64,000 bases of DNA, from assembly GCA_963782115.1 (NCBI GenBank), contig CAWAIK010000001.1, positions 832,001 through 896,000 of the forward strand, given 5' to 3'. A program made the translations under genes and the position numbers. Origin of the DNA: an uncultured Verrucomicrobiae bacterium. Lineage in GTDB: Bacteria; Verrucomicrobiota; Verrucomicrobiia; Chthoniobacterales; JAFAMB01. The notes under the pieces were generated by a model. It saw only the letters and a list, made by a program, of their open reading frames with translations, was not told the origin of the DNA and did not search any database. Below, in pieces: positions 40,892-50,510 of the stretch. Every line of letters begins with the position of its first letter. Position 1 is the first letter of the stretch.

Positions 40892-41553
40892 CGATGCTCA
40901 CCGGCAGCCTGTGACTTTGGAGCAAATTCAATGATCGACGAATCGGTTTCGCGTTCGGAAAGGAGATTGACCACCTCGATTCCGGCCCTTTCCATGTCAT
41001 GGAGAAGAGCATTCAAACGCGCGGAAAGATGGCAATAAGCAAGGATAGTGGGAATCGTCACCACAAGACCTGCCGCAGTGGTTAGCAAACTCTGGTAGAT
41101 CCCACCCGAAACGTCGGCAAGGGTGGCGTACCCATTGTTTGCGGACAATTGAACAAACGCCTGGATCAGTCCGGTGACAGTTCCAAGTAACCCGATCAGC
41201 GGACAGATGTAGCCGATCGCGATGAGCATCCCCAGATTGCGCTCCAGCCGGGGGACCTCCAGTTGCCCGGCTTCCTGGACGATTTCCCGCAGCTCGGTAT
41301 GGGGCAAATGAGGACGTATCAGCGCTGCGTGGATGACCCGGGTCACCGGCACCGAAGTGGCCTGACATTCAACTCGCGCTTCTGCGAGGTTCCGTTTTCT
41401 AACCAGGTTCGATAAGCCTTGCAAAAATTCGTCCAAGTCAATCGTCGCCCGATGAAAATAGAGAAGCCGCTCCGCAAAGACGGCAATGGAAACAACGCTG
41501 CAAAGCAGAATGAGCCACATCAGCGGCCCGCCCTTTTGCATGTAGTCGATCAT
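40888..41553 (-). CDS. exbB: MotA/TolQ/ExbB proton channel protein
   Basis: GGPLMW, PLIGLLGTVTGLI and LLTTAAGL. Confidence 0.9.
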   Translation of the reverse strand: MIDYMQKGGPLMWLILLCSVVSIAVFAERLLYFHRATIDLDEFLQGLSNLVRKRNLAEARVECQATSVPVTRVIHAALIRPHLPHTELREIVQEAGQLEVPRLERNLGMLIAIGYICPLIGLLGTVTGLIQAFVQLSANNGYATLADVSGGIYQSLLTTAAGLVVTIPTILAYCHLSARLNALLHDMERAGIEVVNLLSERETDSSIIEFAPKSQAAGEHR

Positions 41554-41733
41554 CCGGAACTAATAGATGAGCTATGGTCTGGCTGCAACAACTTGGGCAA
41601 AATGGGGGATCGACAGATCGATCTTGGGAGCATTGATGGGCAAAAGCAGCCTCAGACGGGAGATGATACCTGAACGAAGGTAACGACGGAGTGTGCGCGT
41701 GTTCACTGCCAAAGAAAGTACGAGACGCGGGCT

Positions 41734-42366
41734 TTACCTCATCGGTTGCCTTCCAGATTCCGAAAAGAGTTGGGTGTTTTCCTTTTTGAACTTGTGAAGG
41801 AGCAGTTGGGTGACCGCGTCAAGTGTCGAAAAGACGTTCATGCCGGTGCTGGCGACGCATTCGAAGCTTTGTACTCGTCTCTTCCGGTTGTTCAACAAGT
41901 ACTGAAGGTAGTTTGTCGGAGCCACATTCGAAAGATCGCGCTTGTTGAACTGCAACACGACCGGGACCTGGTCGAGCGACAGGCTTTGCTTTTGGAGATT
42001 TTGTTCAAGGTTGCGAAAGCTCGCAACGTTTTCTTCCATTTTGTCCCACTGGGAATCGGCGACGAAAATTACACCGTCGACGTTTCGTAAGACAAGTTGC
42101 CGGGTCGAATCGTAGATGACCTGCCCCGGAACCGTGTAGAGCTGGAACTTCGTTCTGTACCCATGAAGCGTCAGAGCGTTCAACGGCAGAAAATCGAAGA
42201 AAAGTGTGCGGTCAGCCGCCGTGGCGAGGGAGACAAGATCGCCTCGGTGTGCAGGAGAAATTCGGGAATGAATATACACCAGGTTGGTTGTTTTCCCGCC
42301 CAGCGCAGGACCATAGTAGACGATCTTGAATTGAATCTCTTTGCCGGCGAAATGGATGATTGGCAT
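41734..42366 (-). CDS. mglA: MglA-family small GTPase
   Basis: KIVYYGPALGGKTTNL, DRTLFFDFLP, YTVPGQV and FNKRDL. Confidence 0.93.
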   Translation of the reverse strand: MPIIHFAGKEIQFKIVYYGPALGGKTTNLVYIHSRISPAHRGDLVSLATAADRTLFFDFLPLNALTLHGYRTKFQLYTVPGQVIYDSTRQLVLRNVDGVIFVADSQWDKMEENVASFRNLEQNLQKQSLSLDQVPVVLQFNKRDLSNVAPTNYLQYLLNNRKRRVQSFECVASTGMNVFSTLDAVTQLLLHKFKKENTQLFSESGRQPMR

Positions 42367-42378
42367 TGGCAACCTGAA

Positions 42379-43746
42379 TCAAAGCGTTTTTTCCGATGCG
42401 CTGAGGATCGCAAGTTCGCTAATCACCGCCTGGATCTTTTCCCGGACTCCGGGTTTAAACGGCCTGTTGTCATGGAGAACGGTCAGACAAAGATTCCCTT
42501 GAACGAAGGTGCTGAACTGATGAAGGCCGCAATACAAACTGATCGTTTCGAGCGTACCGGCGCGCAACGCTTCCATTTTCGATTGCGTCCGTCGGAATAG
42601 TTCGGGCAACAAAGCGGAGATCGCCTTTTCCTGGCCCGGATCACCAAGATTCCCGGCCAGCATGAGTCCGTCCATAGTGCTCAATACGCAGGATCTAAGA
42701 CCGGGTAACCCTGCGACCCTATGGATGGTCTTCGCCAAGTCGAGCGGCTCATCCGTCATAAAGATGGCCTGCAGCCTTTTCGAATCACTCGCAACGGCGA
42801 CTTTCGAAGGTTCATCCTTCGGTTGCGGCGCCTCGTTTGCGGGTGGAGTCAGCCCGGCAGGAACCTGGCTGAATCGTTCAGCATCTTCTTCCGCATGTGC
42901 GCTGAAGGGGGTTGGAACCGTCGCCTCCGGACGATCGATTTCCTGGTCTTCTCGCAGTTTGATTGCTTCAGCCGGGAGTCGCGAAAAGATTTCCTGCAGC
43001 GGGATCGGGATCTCCGCAGCAGGGTCAATCGCTTCAAAATAAGGCTTCAAATCACTCGGTAACGCCCTGCAAAATGTCTCCCCTGGGACGACGACGCGGC
43101 CATGCGCCAGTTGCGACTGGATCAACTCCAGGGGCAAGGCGATCTCGGCTTGAGTTTCCATGAGGGAGTGGATTGCAGGGGGCTCAAGTTCTGGCGGGAA
43201 ACCGGAGAAGATGGGTTCAAGCCGGAGCTTGATCTCTTTTTCACCTCCGACTGGTTCCAATTCCTCCGGTTGGTTAAGAGAAAACGTGACCGGAACATCG
43301 TCTGAACCGTCGACGGCTCGGACGAAAATCTCCGGACACGACAAGCTGAGAATTGACAGAGGGAGTGTCACCTCCTGGGTTTCTTGATTGAGCACCAGAT
43401 CTCCTTCGGCAATCTGGACGGATCGCGCCAAGTCCGGCGGTTTTGGTGCAAGCAAATGACCAGGCAATTTCGCGTAAAAAGCTCCGATCGGAACGGAGAT
43501 GTGCGGCGCCACGCTGATTTCGGTTGCCGGAAGCTCAGATGCGACTACCGGGTTTTGCGGCTCGGACTGGGGATCGGCCGATAGCTGCTCACCCAGCAGC
43601 GTCTCCGGTCCGGTTTCTTGTCGAATATGGGTGACCACCGTTTCCGGGGTGTTCGCCTGTTCCGTGGCGAGTTTGTTAGCGAGGACAGGTTTAGCCTCGG
43701 TTTCAGTTCTCTCAGACTTACTTTTAAACCAATGGAGAAAGGGCAT
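42379..43746 (-). CDS. Roadblock/LC7 (MglB-like) domain protein with long N-terminal extension
   Basis: C-terminal LPGLRSCVLSTMDGLMLAG roadblock pattern. Directly upstream of mglA. Confidence 0.7.
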   Translation of the reverse strand: MPFLHWFKSKSERTETEAKPVLANKLATEQANTPETVVTHIRQETGPETLLGEQLSADPQSEPQNPVVASELPATEISVAPHISVPIGAFYAKLPGHLLAPKPPDLARSVQIAEGDLVLNQETQEVTLPLSILSLSCPEIFVRAVDGSDDVPVTFSLNQPEELEPVGGEKEIKLRLEPIFSGFPPELEPPAIHSLMETQAEIALPLELIQSQLAHGRVVVPGETFCRALPSDLKPYFEAIDPAAEIPIPLQEIFSRLPAEAIKLREDQEIDRPEATVPTPFSAHAEEDAERFSQVPAGLTPPANEAPQPKDEPSKVAVASDSKRLQAIFMTDEPLDLAKTIHRVAGLPGLRSCVLSTMDGLMLAGNLGDPGQEKAISALLPELFRRTQSKMEALRAGTLETISLYCGLHQFSTFVQGNLCLTVLHDNRPFKPGVREKIQAVISELAILSASEKTL

Positions 43747-43824
43747 ATCCTTGCGCGTTTTGTGTTGTTTTCCTTCGCCGGAACGTCGGTTCTGCGGGAA
43801 TTCAAATCTAGTTGGCTATGATCG

Positions 43825-44586
43825 CTAAAACAACGGAGAGACGTAAAGATGGAGAACATTCACCAGGCCGTCACGGTAATACCAAGTTTTATCAAGATAA
43901 AAGCTCCGATTCGATGCGCGATAAGTCAGGTGTACAAGCTTGCCCGGTTGATTGGCGTCGTACACCTCAAAAACGAGGTCGCCATTCTGTGCGGCAGTAT
44001 AGTGATAGGCGATCAGGCAATGATTAATCGGTCTGAAACGGGTGATATAGACGCCCCGGATTCGGTGATGGTCGAGTTGGTTTCGCAACCATTGTGCGAT
44101 ATGCTCCTGCCCCGAACGCGGCACCGGAAGAACAATCCGCCAATTACCCAATCTCCAGTAAGCCGGCCACCAAAGACCGAGATTCTTTTGCAACACGATG
44201 GTCTGGCCGAGAGAAAAACTGTGCAAATCCTGGTAGCCTGGAACCACCACTTTAGCCCTCGGGCCGGAGCTCCAAGCGGGAATCCTGCTTACTCTTCGGA
44301 CGATCTTCTGGTAGTCCGACTCAGAAACCCTCGGGAGATCCGGACGAAATTCCGCGAATTGAAAAAACTGGAGAACAGCCCGGCACATCTGGAAGCAGTG
44401 CCGCGAAAAATCGGGTGGAGGTCCGTGTCTTCGGCTGATCTGTGTCTGGTTGTCCGCTACTGGCTTGTAGTCGAAGTAGGTCTGATTCGCAAAGCCGAAC
44501 GTGTCCATTTGGAAATCAAACGATTTGCACCAGGCCGTGGTGCTCCAGACAGCCAACACGCATGCGAACACAAATAGACGGTACAC
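43825..44586 (-). CDS. Secreted hypothetical protein, possible papain-like fold
   Basis: Signal peptide, then FGFAN, RHCFQM, NHCLIAY and VYDAN. Confidence 0.6.
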   Translation of the reverse strand: MYRLFVFACVLAVWSTTAWCKSFDFQMDTFGFANQTYFDYKPVADNQTQISRRHGPPPDFSRHCFQMCRAVLQFFQFAEFRPDLPRVSESDYQKIVRRVSRIPAWSSGPRAKVVVPGYQDLHSFSLGQTIVLQKNLGLWWPAYWRLGNWRIVLPVPRSGQEHIAQWLRNQLDHHRIRGVYITRFRPINHCLIAYHYTAAQNGDLVFEVYDANQPGKLVHLTYRASNRSFYLDKTWYYRDGLVNVLHLYVSPLF

Positions 44587-44590
44587 TGAC

Positions 44591-45997
44591 TCAATACTGC
44601 TTTCGAAGGTTGCTTGGCAGGATGTTCAGCTCTGCCCGGTACTTGGCAACCGTTCGTCGGGCGATCGGTATACCGCGGTCGGAAAGAATCTCCACAATTT
44701 CTTTGTCGCTCAGCGGGTTTCGAGTCTCCTCATTGCGGACGAGTTCCGAGATCGCTTCCTTCACGCTCGTATTGCTTAGGGACGCGCCGCCCGTAGTCTG
44801 ATAGCCCGGTGTAAAAAAATACTTCATTTCGAACACCCCTTGGGGTGTCGCCATATACTTCCCCGAGATCGCGCGGCTGACCGTCGTCTCATGAACTCCG
44901 ACCGTCTCGGCAATCTGGGCCATCGTCATCGGCTTGAGGAACGCCGTTCCGTTCTCCAGGAATTCATGCTGCCGTTTCACAATTTCATTCGCGATATTCA
45001 AGATTGTCTGTTGCCGTTGGTGAATACTCTTGATCAGGAATTTTCCGCTTCGAATTTTTTCTCTGATATAATCCCGGACGTCCGTTCCGTTCGTTCCCTG
45101 CGTCATCAGGTCTTTGTAGGTCTTGCTGATACGCAAATGTGGAATTTGGTCTCCATTCAGCGACACCGCGTAATCGTCGCCCACCTTGTCGACGCTGACG
45201 TCGGGCAGCACGTAGCTGTTTGGGTCCGGAGTAAAAATCTGGCCAGGCTTGGGGTCGAGAGTTGAAATGAAGTTGGCGGCCCTTTGCACCTGGTCGACGG
45301 TCACGCCGAGCCGGCGAGCGACTTCCGGCAGTCGCTTGCGCCCGAGATCTTCGAGGTGCTGTTCCACAATCTGGTATTCGAGACTCCCTTCCTTTCCCAG
45401 ACGACGCAGCTGAATCAACAAACACTCTCGCAGATCCCGGGCCCCTACGCCGACAGGATGAAACGTCTGAATGAGGTTGAGCATTTCCTGCAGCTCTTCC
45501 AGGGGGTGCCCCGTGTTGTTCGAAATCTCCTCCAGTGAAGTCTGCAGAAACCCGAGATCGTCAATGTTGCCGATGATCAATTCCGCTGCTTTCCGTTGCA
45601 ATTCGGCCACGTCGGACGTGTTCAACTGCTCCCAGAGATGCTGTTGCAATGTCTCCTGCGTGGCAATCGAGTCGAAGAAAAATTGTCGTCGTTCCTCGTC
45701 CTCCAGATTTCTGGACGAGTAGCTGACATTCTGAGTCATGTAGTCCCGCCATTCCTCGTCCAGCTTTACCAACCGCTCGAACTCCTCTTGGAAGTCGCTG
45801 TCGTCCTTGGACCGTTCCTCGGCCTCGAACGTGTCAATTTCTTCTTCGAGGACAGGATTTGTTTGCAGCTCCTGCTGAACGATATTCCTGAGTTCCAGCG
45901 CTGGCGCCTGCAAAATCTGCAGGCTCTGTTGCAGCTGGGGCGCGAGCACCTGCTGCATTGTTAGATTTTGGAACTGATGGATCCCCGGCCCGGCCAT
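44591..45997 (-). CDS. rpoN: RNA polymerase sigma-54 factor
   Basis: Q/L-rich region I, HETTVSRA and RpoN box ARRTVAKYR. Confidence 0.98.
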   Translation of the reverse strand: MAGPGIHQFQNLTMQQVLAPQLQQSLQILQAPALELRNIVQQELQTNPVLEEEIDTFEAEERSKDDSDFQEEFERLVKLDEEWRDYMTQNVSYSSRNLEDEERRQFFFDSIATQETLQQHLWEQLNTSDVAELQRKAAELIIGNIDDLGFLQTSLEEISNNTGHPLEELQEMLNLIQTFHPVGVGARDLRECLLIQLRRLGKEGSLEYQIVEQHLEDLGRKRLPEVARRLGVTVDQVQRAANFISTLDPKPGQIFTPDPNSYVLPDVSVDKVGDDYAVSLNGDQIPHLRISKTYKDLMTQGTNGTDVRDYIREKIRSGKFLIKSIHQRQQTILNIANEIVKRQHEFLENGTAFLKPMTMAQIAETVGVHETTVSRAISGKYMATPQGVFEMKYFFTPGYQTTGGASLSNTSVKEAISELVRNEETRNPLSDKEIVEILSDRGIPIARRTVAKYRAELNILPSNLRKQY

Positions 45998-46144
45998 ACG
46001 GAATTTTGTTATCTCTTCGAAACGTGACTCTAGAAGAGCAGCGATCGAACTTCAAGGAGGCAGAATAAAGGAACAGAAGGCTCAGCGTCCGTCCATACGC
46101 AACGCTCCCGACTTCTATGGCGCGGACACCGAGCTTCTGTTTCT

Positions 46145-47515
46145 TTATGCTCGGTGATGTTTCAAATCCAGTTTTCGGTAGAGTGTCGCAATGCTGATCC
46201 CGAGCATGCTGGCTGTCTTTTCTCGCGAACCTTGATTGAACTTGAGCGTCATCTCGATGTACTTCCGCTCCTGGTTGCGGACAAAGTCGTCAAGCGGCTG
46301 GCCGACTCTCCATTCGGAATCCGGCGCCTTTTCAAGTGCTCCCGATTCGTGGAGCACGTGAGGTGGTAGATCCGCAGCGCGAATCACTCCTCCATCACTC
46401 AGCGCACATGCTCGTTCGATTGCATTCTCGAGTTCGCGGACGTTCCCGGGCCAAGTGTACCGAACCAGGCGCTCCATAGCGTTGGCGTCCATCCTTTTCT
46501 TTTCGGTTCCCGTGTGCGCCGCATGCTTCTGCAAAAAACAATCGACCAGCAGCGGAACATCTTCCATGCGTTCCCGGAGCGGTGGAATTTCGATCGGAAT
46601 CACGGCGAGTCGAAAGTAGAGATCTTCACGGAATCCGCCGGCGCGCATTTTTGCCTTCAGCGATTCGTTGGAAGCGGCGATCAACCGGACGTTGATCGGG
46701 ATTTGTTTGCTATCGCCTATCTGCCGGATATGACGGTCCTGTAACACCCGCAGAAGCTTGGTTTGCAGCTGCTGAGATATCGAATTGATTTCATCGAGAA
46801 AGAGGGTGCCGTGGTTGCCTTCTTCGAACAGGCCGATTTTGTCCACGACCGCACCTGTAAAAGAGCCTTTCTTATGACCGAACAACTCCGACTCAAGCAG
46901 GTTGTCGGGAAGCGCGCTGCAATTGATTGCGACGAACGGATGATGTTGTCGTGAGCTGTTGTCATGGAGTGCGCGGGCGACCAATTCTTTCCCGGTTCCG
47001 GATTCGCCTTGGATCAGGATGGTACTCTCCGTGTCGGCGACTTTTCCGATCAACCGATAAATCGTCTGCATCTTGGTGCTGGTGCCGATGAGATTCTCAA
47101 ACTTATACTGGTCGCCGGCGCCGCGTCTAAGAATATCGTTTCGCTGGGGCGCTGTCTGATGATCCAGAGCTCGCTGCATGCAGAAATGCAGTTCATCGAC
47201 TTTAAGAGGCCTCGTGATGTAATCAAAAGCCCCAAATTGCATTGCCTTCAGTGCCAGTTCGGCAGAGGGAAACGCGGCGATCATCACCACGACGGCGTGA
47301 GGATGGTTTTCTTTGCACTCCCGCAGAATATCGAATCCGTCGGTTGTCTCGGTTTTCAGGTCAGCGATAACCAAGTGTGGAGCGACATTGGACAAGGCAT
47401 CGAGAGCCGCCTCGGAAGAATTATAATGAAAAGCTTGATGCCCACGATCACGGCAAAAACTGGAAACCCATTCGACCGTTTCGAGATCATCATCGACAAT
47501 AAAAATACGGGCCAT
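46145..47515 (-). CDS. NtrC-family sigma-54 enhancer-binding protein (receiver-AAA-Fis HTH)
   Basis: GESGTGKE, ESELFGHKKGSFTGA, FREDLYFRL, WPGNVRELEN and LGISIATLYRK. Confidence 0.95.
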   Translation of the reverse strand: MARIFIVDDDLETVEWVSSFCRDRGHQAFHYNSSEAALDALSNVAPHLVIADLKTETTDGFDILRECKENHPHAVVVMIAAFPSAELALKAMQFGAFDYITRPLKVDELHFCMQRALDHQTAPQRNDILRRGAGDQYKFENLIGTSTKMQTIYRLIGKVADTESTILIQGESGTGKELVARALHDNSSRQHHPFVAINCSALPDNLLESELFGHKKGSFTGAVVDKIGLFEEGNHGTLFLDEINSISQQLQTKLLRVLQDRHIRQIGDSKQIPINVRLIAASNESLKAKMRAGGFREDLYFRLAVIPIEIPPLRERMEDVPLLVDCFLQKHAAHTGTEKKRMDANAMERLVRYTWPGNVRELENAIERACALSDGGVIRAADLPPHVLHESGALEKAPDSEWRVGQPLDDFVRNQERKYIEMTLKFNQGSREKTASMLGISIATLYRKLDLKHHRA

Positions 47516-47736
47516 AAGAAAATGATATGAGAATTTTGCAGATTATGATAATTATTTGTGAATTACCAGAAATTTCATATGCCGTTCGCAAATTTTTTTA
47601 ATTGATTCTCACGAATGCGATATCAAGCCCGCCCTAAACGCGAGATCGGCGGGTAGTTGAAGCGTCCGCTTTGCTTGCTTTTTGGGGCGACCGCAAACAG
47701 GTGCTACACTGCCTTTAGGCGCACGACACGCCTCTG

Positions 47737-49878
47737 CTAATGCGCTTCGTCGCCTTCGCCCGAAGCATCCTCCTTATCGGAACCGCGTTCAGAACTATTG
47801 GCGACGGCTTCAGGAGGGCAGCCGACCTTGATCAGGCCATAGGTCAGCAGCGCTTTGCTGTCTTCCCAGATTCCGGGCTTGTTGGTGTGCAATACGACGG
47901 AGATCACTTCATGCCCTTCCCTGAGAGCGGAACTCACCAATACCTGCTGGGCGGCGCGGGTGTAGCCGGTCTTGAGCCCGTTGCATCCGGCAAAGTGCCG
48001 AAGGAGGCGATTATGATTTCGCAGCTGGTAGACAACGCCTTTTGGCGACTTCCAGGTGTAGTAAATCGTTCCGACCACCTGGCGGAAAAACGGTTGCTCC
48101 ATCGCCGCTCGCGCAATGAGCGCCAAATCATGAGCTGTGGTGTAATGGCTGGGATCGTGTAGCCCGTTGGGATTCGCAAAATGGCTGTTTGTTGCACCCA
48201 GTTCTGCCGCTCGACGATTCATCTTTTCAGCAAAGGCGTCGATCGAGCCGGCGTTGTCCCGAGCCAGCGCCATGGCCACATCATTGGCGCTCTTCAGCAT
48301 CAGGCCATAAATGAGCTGGCGGCGCGTGTACTGCTCTCCGGGTGTCAGGTCCAGCTTGGTCGGTTCAACTTTGGTGTCGGATATATCAACCATGACGGGC
48401 TTATCGAGATCCCCGGCTTCGATTACCAACAAGGCGGTTAAAATTTTTGTCGCGCTCGCTGGATATTGAATGGCGTTTTCGTTCTTGAGGAACAGAAAAT
48501 CGCCGGTAAACGAATCAATCACGGCGGCACTTTCAGCGAACACCACAGGTCCGGTTTCTTCGGGTAACTTTTCGGCGGGCGGCGTCTCTCCATCTTTTGC
48601 GGGGGCGCCGGTAACCGGCGCCACGAGCAGGAACAGGCCGATCAAAATGGTGACCAACTTCAAAACTTGTCCATTTACCATCATCCATTTGATCGTTCCT
48701 CTGTTTTGAATAATCGCTTCGAACACATCACCGGTAGAGCCTTTAAAGGGAATTGCGATGGAATCGGCAAGGTAGTCCGGAGCGATCCTGCCCAGCTCGC
48801 GCTCGAGCTTCAAAGCGCGTGCGGGTCGGATGGTAACCATTTCAAGCAGGTTTCGGGCGCTGAGCGTCTGATAAATCTTTTTCGCGGTACGCATCTCTGA
48901 AAACAGGTTGAGCGAGTCATTGCTTGCCAAGCTGTCCGTGCCGAGAGAGATATTCAGCCCGCGTTCCATCAGCGCTTCGAGCGGAAAGCGTTTGTGGTGC
49001 AGGAAACGGTGGCTCTTCGGGCAGTGCACGATTTGCAAGTTTCGCCATTCGGTTCGGCTCAGGATTTCAAGATCACGATCGTCCAGCTCGTTGAGATGTG
49101 CTACGATACATTCTGGGCCAATCAATCCATTTTCAATCAGATGCCGCAAAGGAGAAGTCGATCCACAATCGGTCATCGGTCGGCCCAGTTCCTTTAGGAA
49201 ATCGTGAAGCTCCCCCGAACTCTCGGCGAACATGGCGTATTCTTCACGCGATTCGGCTACATGGGTCGTGATGAGCAGGTTCAGGGACCTTGAGCATTCG
49301 AGCGCGACCTCATACATTTTCGCGGATGCAGTATAGGGCGCGTGCGGACTCAGTCCCAGGCCGCCAAGCCGGCCGCCGTTTCCGGAAAGGAACAGCCACG
49401 ATCCAAAAGCATGTTCTTCGATCCAAGGCCTGGGCCGCACGTCGATGAGCTCCAGAAAGAACCAGGCGCGGATCGAGGGCGGGGCAAGCAGTGGAAAGAT
49501 TTGAGGAGTAGAAACAATATTTAAAACTGTGGTGATGCCGTTTCTACGGAGTTCTTCAAAGCCAAGCTGTGTGGCGCGCAAATAGTCGCTATCGGTAAGG
49601 GATCTCTTGAGTGCATTGATTCGTTTGACCCAGCGGGAAAAACTCTGCGCGGGCAGAATCGCTCCACGCATCAGCGTGTAATCAAGGTGGCAATGTGCAT
49701 TGATTATACCGGGCATCACCGCGACTTCGCCCAGGTCCACTACCTCTCCTACGTGATCCTTCAGAATTTCGGGAGCTTTGCCAGTCCGCGCAAAGCGCGG
49801 CCCGTCAACCACAAACACACCGTTATCGATCGGTATGCCATCCATCGTGACCAGCGTGCGGCATCGATAAGCAATCAT
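47737..49878 (-). CDS. In-frame fusion of a metal-dependent amidohydrolase (deaminase-like) and a D-Ala-D-Ala carboxypeptidase (S11)
   Basis: N half has NAHCHLD, SPHAPY, HVAES, HCPKS and GTDS. A hydrophobic signal-like linker follows. C half has SxxK (ASATK), SAN and KTG. Confidence 0.85.
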   Translation of the reverse strand: MIAYRCRTLVTMDGIPIDNGVFVVDGPRFARTGKAPEILKDHVGEVVDLGEVAVMPGIINAHCHLDYTLMRGAILPAQSFSRWVKRINALKRSLTDSDYLRATQLGFEELRRNGITTVLNIVSTPQIFPLLAPPSIRAWFFLELIDVRPRPWIEEHAFGSWLFLSGNGGRLGGLGLSPHAPYTASAKMYEVALECSRSLNLLITTHVAESREEYAMFAESSGELHDFLKELGRPMTDCGSTSPLRHLIENGLIGPECIVAHLNELDDRDLEILSRTEWRNLQIVHCPKSHRFLHHKRFPLEALMERGLNISLGTDSLASNDSLNLFSEMRTAKKIYQTLSARNLLEMVTIRPARALKLERELGRIAPDYLADSIAIPFKGSTGDVFEAIIQNRGTIKWMMVNGQVLKLVTILIGLFLLVAPVTGAPAKDGETPPAEKLPEETGPVVFAESAAVIDSFTGDFLFLKNENAIQYPASATKILTALLVIEAGDLDKPVMVDISDTKVEPTKLDLTPGEQYTRRQLIYGLMLKSANDVAMALARDNAGSIDAFAEKMNRRAAELGATNSHFANPNGLHDPSHYTTAHDLALIARAAMEQPFFRQVVGTIYYTWKSPKGVVYQLRNHNRLLRHFAGCNGLKTGYTRAAQQVLVSSALREGHEVISVVLHTNKPGIWEDSKALLTYGLIKVGCPPEAVANSSERGSDKEDASGEGDEAH

Positions 49879-50510
49879 CGAGACGACTTTTTCATGGCGG
49901 TTCTTGCTGCTGCCACTAACAGGTTGCAAGCCTCCAGGCAGAGGAACGGCAGCGCCGCACGTTTCTCGCCGGTTTGGTCAACGGTGGGGTCAGACTTCGA
50001 ACTTGGAAGGAAGTCTGGTGGTCGATTATCCTCAATTCCCCACAAGATAGTCCTCAGGCATCGGCTGTCTGAACGGCACGCTTCCTTTACAAGATTTTGC
50101 GCCTGGTCATCGGTTAGCTTGCGGGTCACTCGATACATTCCGGTTTGCCGATTCAGCGTTTGCCGTAAACAGATCGGATGCGCTGTTCCGGCCTGGTGGG
50201 CCAACCAGGTGGCGATGGCGCCGGGATAAAAGAAATCGAGCGCCCTTTTCAGGTCGTCGATATTTGTCAATTCGATGAGCCAGCCCCTGGGTAAATTGGG
50301 CGCCCCTTTCAAAGGGCGGTAAGCACCGGACGAATCGTATTTTGCAATTTGCCGGGCATCCTCAATCGAGTGGGAAACCCGCGCCTCATGCAAAGAATTC
50401 CGGTCTGCCCAATGGTAGAGAAAGTATCCGTTGGAAGATTCTGCAAATTCGAGTTCTCCAAGAGCGTTATAACCGTCCTTGATTAAACGTGCTAATTCAT
50501 CCCTGATCAT
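49875..50510 (-). CDS. DR2241-family protein (putative 4Fe-4S)
   Basis: GAYRPLKGAPNLPRGW, FFYPGA, RQTGMY, C...CLR...W and CLEACN. Adjacent to cbiX. Confidence 0.8.
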   Translation of the reverse strand: MIRDELARLIKDGYNALGELEFAESSNGYFLYHWADRNSLHEARVSHSIEDARQIAKYDSSGAYRPLKGAPNLPRGWLIELTNIDDLKRALDFFYPGAIATWLAHQAGTAHPICLRQTLNRQTGMYRVTRKLTDDQAQNLVKEACRSDSRCLRTILWGIEDNRPPDFLPSSKSDPTVDQTGEKRAALPFLCLEACNLLVAAARTAMKKSSR

